Shown: positions 54,880 through 64,000 of the stretch, piece after piece
How positions within the stretch are numbered: position 1 is the stretch's first letter
Layout: every line of letters begins with the position of its first letter
Assembly: GCF_009914755.1 (NCBI RefSeq)
Contig: NC_060927.1
DNA: 64,000 nt
From: the human T2T-CHM13v2.0 reference genome, Homo sapiens
Reading direction: 5' to 3' (one strand)
The notes under the pieces: model-generated
Told to the model about the DNA's origin: nothing
What the model saw: only the letters and a program-made list of their open reading frames with translations
Database searches by the model: none
Position numbers and translations under genes: made by a program

Positions 54880-55239
54880 CCAGTTAAGGGATGTCATAGT
54901 TTTCCAAGCTACCCTGTACATATATTCTAAAATAAAACTCTAAAATTATATTTTTCCGTGAAGATTTTACTGCTAATGATAGAAAGCAAATAAATAAACA
55001 AACAGGATATTACAAGATGAGCAATGGGAAATAACAAGACTGCTTACATTCTTATAACAGAAGAATCTAGTCTCCATCTTAGATTTCCTGGTAAGATTTC
55101 CTGGTAAAATCATAATAAGAGCAGACAGGAAGTGTAGCTTAATCCATCTCCTTCTAAGAGTAAGAGTCTCAGAGGAAATCACTTTAAATTCACACTACAT
55201 AATAGAAACATAGGAGGAAAACAAACATAATTTTAAACT

Positions 55240-55505
55240 CTTCGGTAGCCATTTTGTAAAAATTATTTTTAAAAGACAACATTAATTTTAATAATATGTT
55301 TAGCTCAATATATTTTAAATGCTATTATTCCAACCTGTAATCAATATGAAAATTATTACTAAGATATTTTAGATTCTTTTTCCAGTATTAAGTCTTAAAG
55401 TCCAGTATGTATTTTCTACTTATAATCCATTCAGTCAAGACTAACCACATTTCCAGTGCTCAGTTACATTACCAGGCTAGTGGTTGCCATATTAGCCATT
55501 GCAGC
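55240..55505. mobile_element. MER3/MER33-like hAT-Charlie element
   Basis: 'ctaaccacatttccagtgctcag...ggctagtggttgccatatt'. Confidence 0.7.
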
Positions 55506-55769
55506 TTGAAGTAAAATAGGGATAAGTGAAGAGCACTCCTCTTTGATTGGAGAACACAATTTGCATTCCTAAAGACCTAATTCAGGATAACTCTAGGGGG
55601 ATTTCAGCCAAATCCAGATGTCTCTCTGAATTTTCTCTCAGTGTAGCAAAGGGACTACTCAGGGAGTATTCTGATTTTAGGAACTACTAGTCTTCTAATC
55701 TTCTTGCCCCAGTGGCTTTACATCAATTCAGGACAGGCAAAAGAGACCTAAGGGAAAAGAAATTTGTCA

Positions 55770-55960
55770 CGTCAGACCTGCTTACTAACTAAGTAAGCTT
55801 AACTCCTTAAATCTCTATTTCCGCATCCATACGATGGAACTCATAATATTATCTTTCTCATAGGATAGTTGTAGGAGTTAAATGACATCAGGAAGATAAG
55901 AGATAAGCCCAGCACCTTGGTAAATAATTATTGCACAATAAATGCCAGCTCTTACTATCT
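55770..55960 (+). mobile_element. MIR
   Basis: 'cttaactccttaaatctctatttccgcatccatacgatgg...cataggatagttgtaggagttaaatga'. Confidence 0.6.
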
Positions 55961-56422
55961 ATTTCTGTATATGTGAAGGCTAATTTAACCTAAATACATA
56001 TTAACATTGTTGACTCATAGTAGACCTTCAACAAACGTTGGCTTATAGGAATTGCCTACAAATTAAATGTCAAGTCGTTTTTATAGCAAGTTTTCCATAT
56101 TTTGAAATTTTAAGAATCTTAGAAAATTACCACTTATGTAATGGTGGTGGGCAATGGTGGAGATGGCCCTTTCCTATCTGCTCATCCTCCTTCTGATAGC
56201 AAAATCAGAAAATGACAAAGACATCAAGCACCCAGCATTACTGTTATCTTCCCTGAGAATGAGACAGAATAATCATGTTTTCCTAGTACCAAAGCAAAAA
56301 AAAAAAAAAAAGCAAACAAAAACAAACACAAACAAACAAAAAAACACCTCAAATAAATCTAGTGTTTGGAAATAATAAATACATTAGATTTTCTTTGTTC
56401 AATGAACAAGGTGGTTTATGAT

Positions 56423-56793
56423 TGATATGGTTTGGCTGTGTCCCCACCCAAATCTCATCTTGAATTGTAACTTCCAAAATTCCCATGTGTTGTGGGAGGA
56501 ACCCAGTGGGAGATAATTGAATCATGGTGGTGTGTCTTTTCCATGCTGTTCTCATGATAGTGAATAAGTCTCAGGAGATCTGATAGTTTTAAAAATGGGA
56601 GTTTCCCTGGACAAGCTTTCTCTCTTTGCCTGCTGCCATCCATGTAAGATGTGACTTGTTCCTCCTTGCCTTCTGCCATGATTGTGAGGCTTCTCCAGCC
56701 CTATGGAACTGTAAGTCCATTAAACCTCTTTCTTTTGTAAATTGCCCAGTCTCGGATATGTATTTATCAGCAGTGTGAAGATGGACTAATATA
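56423..56793 (+). mobile_element. THE1 (MaLR) solo LTR
   Basis: 'tgatatggtttggctgtgtccccacccaaatctcatcttgaattgta...gatggactaatata'; TSD atgat/ataat. Confidence 0.95.
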
Positions 56794-57909
56794 ATAATTC
56801 ATCTATTTGAGTGTAAATGCTCATGACATGTAGTTTATAAACTTTTGATTATGTGCAATGTCTCTGGATATTCACATTGTTTTAATAGTCAAATACATTT
56901 ATTTCTCCAGGAAGAAATGAATATGGATTTCATAGGTCATATGCCTAACTCATCTTTTCTCCCAGATATTAAAATTCCATTTTCCTTTTTATTTTAAGAG
57001 CTGAGATAATTTCACCTGATAAAATGTAAATGTGGCTAACATATTCTCTGTCTTGTTCATTAAGAAGCTTGTTGCCTTTAAACTTGTTTACTGTACCTGT
57101 TCCTACCCTCAACTTCATTTCCCATCATTTTATCTGACATTTTTAGTATTCTCCTTGTTTTAAGGAAAGTTTCTTTCTTCCATAATTGGTAAGATAAAAA
57201 AAAATAAGCCTTAACAAGTAGTTCATTTTTTACTTAGATGGTTCTGCAGCCATTATTTGCAGCAGAAAGCACATTCTTTCCCTGAGGCCAAAACAATTAT
57301 CTGTGACATCATAAAGAAGTGAAACTGGCACATGTGAAAAATGCTTGATGCATTTACTTGATGAAAAGAGGAGAAAAAGGTTAAAGGTCATTTTGTAAGT
57401 GGTATTGGGAAGTATTGAGCATATAGAGTGTGACACTACAATGCATAGATATACCTCTTTAAAAAGTGAACACAATTATACTTGCATTCTTGAAATCAGA
57501 GCAATGGTCAGTCAAGTATTTATGATTGTCATAGAATGAAGAGCAATGTGTGTTTTCTGCCTGGAAGAATCTCATCACAGTGTGAATGACTGTCTTTTAG
57601 AGCACTTTCAAAGAAACAGAAATGCCTATAATCAACCATAATACTTTTGTAAAAGACAGATAAAATAGTATAAGAGGATAGCATCCCTTTCTTTCATGGA
57701 TCCCTAGAATGATAAATCTTTAAGCCTAAGGAAATATAAATATAACCAATACCCAGAAAACTAAATAAAAAAGAAAGCAGTAGCAGCTGAACATAGAAGC
57801 ATTTAACATGGGGCAAACAATGCACACTCTTTTTTATGTATATTTTCTTTGTTTCTTCTTTTTATTGTTGTCGTTGTCGTTAAACCCTAGACCCTTATGA
57901 TGAAGGAGC

Positions 57910-58095
57910 GGCAGCATGATATGAGGGAAATATTGCCCTGGGACAGAAGAATCTTGGGTTCTTTTCTCAGGCTACTAACTAAACCGTGATCTCAATGAAC
58001 TCAATTTCTCCCCCTGGGTTTCAGTTTCCTTATCTGTAAATTGAAAAAAATTAGATGAGAAGCTCTCTAAGGTCTCTTCCAGTGCAAACATTCCC
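57910..58095 (+). mobile_element. MIR3/MIR
   Basis: 'tcagtttccttatctgtaaattg...ctctaaggtctcttccag'. Confidence 0.65.
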
Positions 58096-59579
58096 CATTT
58101 CTAATTTTACATTACAAATACTTGTGGTCCCAGCGGAAAAGAAATAGAACCTACAAATCTGGCCTCGGTAAATAGTGTACAATAAATGAACAATACTCTT
58201 TGTGTGCTTTCTCTGATTCCTGTTCACATATGAATTCTTGCTATAATTAAAAATGAAGCTATATTGTTTTGTTTTTCAGGAGAGAATAACTAAGTAGAAA
58301 CAAATAATACAATAACATATATTTGTTTTATTCTATCAACTAGTAGAAAATATGCCTTAAATTTTCTTGTTTTTATTCCATCTCAAATGTCCCAAACCTA
58401 ACCCTCATTTTAAAAGCCTGCCTTACTCAATAGTCATTAAACATGATTTCAAAATTTTTGCGCTCTGCTGATGGCATGTCAGTGTCACATTCTTCCCACT
58501 TACTAAGACCTGTCCATCCACAGCCTTCCATCCTTCCTTCATAACTCAGCTTAGATCTAAGCAAATCAAATTCAACTTCTCAGCAACTTGCAGGAAAAAA
58601 GCACCAAGAATATAAATCAATAGCAGTAAGAGCTAAACTTGAAATGTTAACATAAAAAGATTTTAACATGATGGCCATGTATGATCTGAAGTTGTATGGA
58701 AGGAAGTGTTATCTCTGAGATAGAGATATATGATACAAAGAAGAGAGATGAGGAAGTAATTTAGCAAGACAGCAGAGACATGAAGAATGTTGTCATTCAT
58801 AGCATAACAATGGAGTGACTATACTGTGGTCACCTCTGTCTGTGGCCTTATTCTTTCTGTATTTTTACTCTGTTCCTGCCTTTCCCAAGTTTAATTGCTT
58901 GGGTCCTTCTCGACCATAGATTGATCACCTCTCCATCTCTTTCTCCCAGCCTGCCAAAGAAAAGTCAAAGTGTGATTAGTTTGTGGCAGAGTGATTCAGT
59001 GATATTTTTTTCCAACTAGTCCATTTAGGCCAAATTTCTAGAAGACTTGGCCTTTCATAGCCAAAGTGGGCATTAAAAGTGCTTTGTTGGACAAAAGAAC
59101 CGCCAGTTCCTGGAGGTAAATAATGTTTCTCCTATAAAAGGAAGACTCTGCAGTGTTTCTATTAAATTGCATTTTTTCTTCTTTACACTTATAATAAATC
59201 TTCCATCACTTGGAGCAACACAAATGAATCTCTGTAGCTTACAATCACAGAGACCAACTAAAACAATAAATATTTCTTGCTTGTTTTCAAAGCTTGTGTA
59301 TCCTGGAATGGGGGTGGAGGAGAATAGGCTGTATGATATTTCTTTCTCCCATAACTGTAATTGCTTGAGAATTATAGTAGAGCAACAAACCTGTTTTCCA
59401 ACAGTATATTAATTTAATTATTACTTTATAGCTGAATACCACTCTTTCATTTCCAGTGCAGTTACAACTGTTTTAAATATATACATGGTGAATAGCTGCC
59501 AAGTGACTGAAGTGAGAAGTGAAAACTAGATGACCTAACTTTGGACCCTCTTTCCAATGCATTGCAGTACCTTTAACCC

Positions 59580-60065
59580 TACATTGTTTTTCCCTTCTCC
59601 TTCCCCTTCTCTAACTCTATGTCAGCCACACTGGCCTTTTTCCTAGCTCTTAAAGACATGAAGCGACCCTCTTACACCAGGACCTTTGCACTTGTTGTTC
59701 TCTATGCCTGGAAAATCTCCCCTCAGGTATACGCATAGCTGAATCTCAATTTATGCACACCTCTGTTTAAAATTTATCTTCTCATATGTGTACCCTTTGT
59801 GTATATACTCATTCTGAATTAGCATCACTCAGTATTCTCTGTCCCCTAGTATTTCTTTTTCATAGGCCTTAACACTAATATATAAGACATAAAATTATCT
59901 CATATATTTACTGGGTTATTATTACATTTTCAAAATTGATGTCTGGAAAGGAAGTTTGATGAGTGTAGAAATGTTGTCTCTTCTGTTCACTGCAATATCC
60001 TAAGGTCCTACTATAGTATCTGTCATAGAGTAGGTGTTCAATAAATATTTATTAAATGAATGAAG
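59580..60065 (+). mobile_element. L2 3' end
   Basis: 'ggacctttgcacttgttgttctctatgcctggaa...agtaggtgttcaataaatatttattaaatgaatgaa'. Confidence 0.8.
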
Positions 60066-60166
60066 CAAGACATTAATGTAGGAAAATGTGTTGGAAGTCT
60101 CATATAGTTATTCAAACATAAGTCAAGAAAGAAATAAACAGACAAGTAAAATTTACATAATTCTAA

Positions 60167-60442
<276 letters not shown>

Positions 60443-61634
60443 TTCTAGGATTTCTTAATGATATGCACTAAAGGTTTTCCCTCTGCTAATACTGATACTC
60501 AGTGGCTTGGTTAAAATAACCATTTGTTCTCTATTTATTTAAATATTTATATTTCTTAAAGTGAAATATAATTCAGATCAATACTCTTTTGGAAGAGAAA
60601 AGATAAACTACATCCTTGAGTTTCTGATAATTTTTATGAATCAAAAATATTATAACTGAAAACATTCAGTTTGCCACCATTCATCTGATTTTGAAACCCT
60701 TTTAAAATTATAACACAAGCATAAAAATAGTTATAAAATACCTCTACTTTCTGACATGTTACAGAAATGGTTATGTGTATAAAGAAGTGTGTAAGCAATC
60801 TTAGTGTCGGGCTATTTAGAAAATGCACAGATTTTTCATTTTTATTTAACCATCTAAATTGAATCTGATTTTGCAAGTAAGCACTAATGGCACTTTAAAA
60901 GCCTGGTGAAAGCAGAATGAGTGTAGAGTGATATAATACCCATGTTTCTGTAGTTTTCCCCTTGACTAAATAGAAGAGCTGTGTTAATGCAATATTTCTT
61001 GCCTGTCTGTTTATCAAACCATGTTAGGGTCAGGCTTGCTGGGACTAAACTAGTAGCCTTTGACTATAAAGAATGTCAGGTAAATGGATGTAAATTGTCT
61101 GTCTTCTGACCTAAGGACACAGCACCAGGGGACAAGTGTTCCACAAACTCAGCCCATTAACCAAAAAAGCCCTCTGCCTGTGTATAGGGACAGAAGGTTA
61201 CCAACAGCATGCAAGTAAAAACCTCACTGTCACTTAGTCACAATTTTTCTTCCAAGTGTAAGAGAAATTCACTCTATGAGCCAACAATATTCAGCTTGCA
61301 AATTCTGTCTGTTCAGTTCTAAGACACTGACTACCTACCTAAAGGTCTGATTAAGAAGGAAAAACAGGGTAGTCTCCAGGGGCTTACTAATTTCAAGCTT
61401 ATGTGAGTGTTCTCATAGATAAATTCACCAAGGTTATAGTGTGCTTGCTTGGCAATTTATCTAGATTACTGGGAAGAGAGTGCTATTAAAAAAAAAAAAA
61501 ACCTGCCCAAAAAAGCCAAAATAATCTTTTATTTAAGGGGAAGTACCTAAAAAAACACCAATTCTGACAGAACTATTGAATGGTAAGTATAGTAGTGCTA
61601 CTCTCTCTGGAGAGCTTGTAAGTAAGATGTTAAC

Positions 61635-61705
61635 AGGAAGGAAGCAAGGACAGAAGGGAGGAAGAAGAGAAAGAGGGAGAGAAAGAAAGAAGTAAGGAAG
61701 AAAGT
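61635..61705 (+). repeat. GA-rich low-complexity tract
   Basis: 'ggaaggaagcaaggacagaagggaggaagaagagaaagagggagagaaagaaagaag'. Confidence 0.7.
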
Positions 61706-62014
61706 GTACTTCCTTCTCCAGGCTCGTTTAAACCCAAATTAATTTTGCTACACCTTTTTACTTTACTTTAGCATATGATGTGGCATGTGTAGGATATGTT
61801 TAGGGTTTGGGAGCATGAGAATTTGTGAGATACTGGGATGCTAAATCAGAAATTCTCAGTATTATATTTGAATTAAGACATTTGTATTAGGATTGCCATT
61901 AAAAAATTTTAACCAGAAAATCCATAAATGAAAAGACCCTGGGATGTTTTCCAACCAAGAGTCACTCAAACAGTTTATATCTGGGCAGAATCCACTGTCC
62001 TCTGTTTCTCCGGG

Positions 62015-62150
62015 TCATTCATTTATTTAATAAACTCCCAGTAAAATATGAACACTGGGTTAAGGTTGGAATGCAGCAGTCAACGAAACCACAATGGATT
62101 TCAGCACTTGTGAGGATTACATTTTAGTAGGTCTGACAGATATTAGTTAA
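62015..62150 (-). mobile_element. L2 3'-end fragment
   Basis: 'cattcatttatttaataaact...gaggattacattttagtagg'. Confidence 0.55.
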
Positions 62151-64000
62151 AAAAAATGGCAGACACACAGAACTGTATTAAATACATGTAAACGCACATA
62201 TAAACTTGAAATAAATATGTGTAAAAAACATATGTGATCAATATGATAAGGAAACATCTCCATGCTAGCACACCCAAGTTAGTATTTTATATTTTGATGG
62301 TCCTATATTGTGTTTTGGGCTCAAATAGTCTTACAGAAGTTGTTATTATTCTTTTGTGTTCTGACTGTCTAAAGAATGATTTATTTGGTTTTAAATTTGA
62401 GCTATGATACAATTGGCTAAATAGAAACCTCGTAAAATCTCTAAGGTATCTTGCAAAGAAGTCACCAGGAATATAAATAAAGCAAAGATGAAAAATTGCT
62501 ATGAAAATGTTTGTGCTCTAGAGAGCTCTTTTCGTTTATTTTTGATTTAGCTTCCTTACTATGACTTTTTAGTTTTTGAAATATTAAAATGAGATTATTT
62601 AAACAGATGAAAGAAAAATCATTAATTCATTTCTCATACTCTATGACAGACAGTTATCATGGTCTGTGAATGATAAATATGTCCAAGTATGATAGCACCA
62701 GGATTTTTAATAGTATTTTGTTGAATGATTTGTATTGATTTGCCTGAAAAGTTGATCATAAAATCTTTCTTACCACATTCATATCCTTCCTGGTGAAAAG
62801 CAGCTCTACTTTTATGCCATTCATGTGAATAGAATTTATGACCATCATAAGAGACACTAAAGTTTTTCATATCTAAATATCGAATTTCTGTTTGCTCTTT
62901 TTTCCTATAGCGAATAATTGTGTTTCAGTTCTCATCTTGACTTAGCTAAGTCATTCTTAAGTTTTGCACTGAGTATAGAAAAAGCACACATATCTAGACT
63001 GCTGATTTTATTTGTGCATTATAAAGTATTTGCTAACATTTGTATTATGAAGTATTTGCTAACATTTGACTTATGCTCATTGATTTACTTCAGTCTTAAC
63101 TCCAGCTATTACTAAAATAATGACAAAGTATCCGTGTGCCACTTTTCCCTTCATATTATTGGGGCATATACAATTTTAACAAATCTCTGGTACTGATAAC
63201 AATGTAGAAAATTTTCCAAATCTGAAGGCTCCAAGTTTCCATTTTTAAGGTTATATTTAGCTCCTGTATCTTAGGATACAAGAACTTTAAGTGCAATTTT
63301 ATAGAATTTCAGGAATTTATTTAATTTTTCAAATATTAAACCTCTTTCAGCCATAAAATCCATGCTTACTTTTAAATGTAGCTATTCTGTTTCAGAAAAT
63401 GATATTGTTGTTCAATTTTTAAGGAGAAACTTAATGTTAAAAAAGATCATGAATCAAAGTACTGCATTGTGTTTATACCATGGATCAGAGGACTGATTTT
63501 TAGAAGCTAAGTGATCTGTATGGGTACTGTGATGTGTCTTCTGTTCTCATGCACAAGCATCTAACACCCCGATAGAATTCTAGATTTCATGCCTTTCTCC
63601 GGGTATCTTTTCTAGTACACTGAATAGAGTAGTTGTTTAATGACAATTTTTGATGGTGGGAATGAAAAAGAAGAAATGGACAAATCAGAGTGCCTTTTTA
63701 GGACAGGTTGGGGAAAACCATTCTGCAGATGTCATTCATTAATCATAGAGGGTGTACTTTTGTGACAAAAGTGTTGTCTAAATTTTATCCTAAAATTTAA
63801 GAAGTAAAAGCACCTTAAAGGACAACTAGTCTAATTTCTTCCTGTGTATGTGTGGAGTGAGAGACAGACGGCATTTGGAAGGGAGAAGACATAATGTGCA
63901 TGGCATTGGAAAACAAAATAAAACTCCTGCATATTTTAACTACTACCAGGCTTTCAGCATTTACAGGCTAATTAGAGAGACTGTCCTTTTTAAAAACAAT

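Overview
Human genomic DNA: an essentially intact AluYb8, a human-specific subfamily, lies at 25286-25633. The window is strongly AT-rich with no CpG island, consistent with a large intron, upstream region or gene desert. I can support no multi-exon protein-coding gene, RNA gene or CRISPR array, and the listed ORFs are repeat-derived or chance ORFs. It contains 10 Alus, solo LTRs (MER21, THE1 x2, MLT1, MER4-group), DNA transposons (Tigger3b, MER5, MER3-like), many old L2/MIR fragments, one isolated internal L1 ORF2 fragment and several microsatellites. Repeat-free stretches at ~3.8-4.0, ~9.5-9.9, ~11.4 and ~15.1-16.2 kb carry splice-site-bounded exon candidates on both strands; I cannot name the host gene. 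I found no evidence of a new biological system. The most notable observations are (i) a ~230-bp inverted, locally templated insertion that splits an MLT1 LTR, (ii) a 28-bp-arm palindrome carrying two inverted perfect octamers, (iii) an L1 RT fragment with neither poly(A) nor TSD, (iv) a second local templated duplication and (v) candidate sense/antisense exons. Repeat family names come from recalled consensus sequences, not from a search; boundaries of old repeats are approximate.
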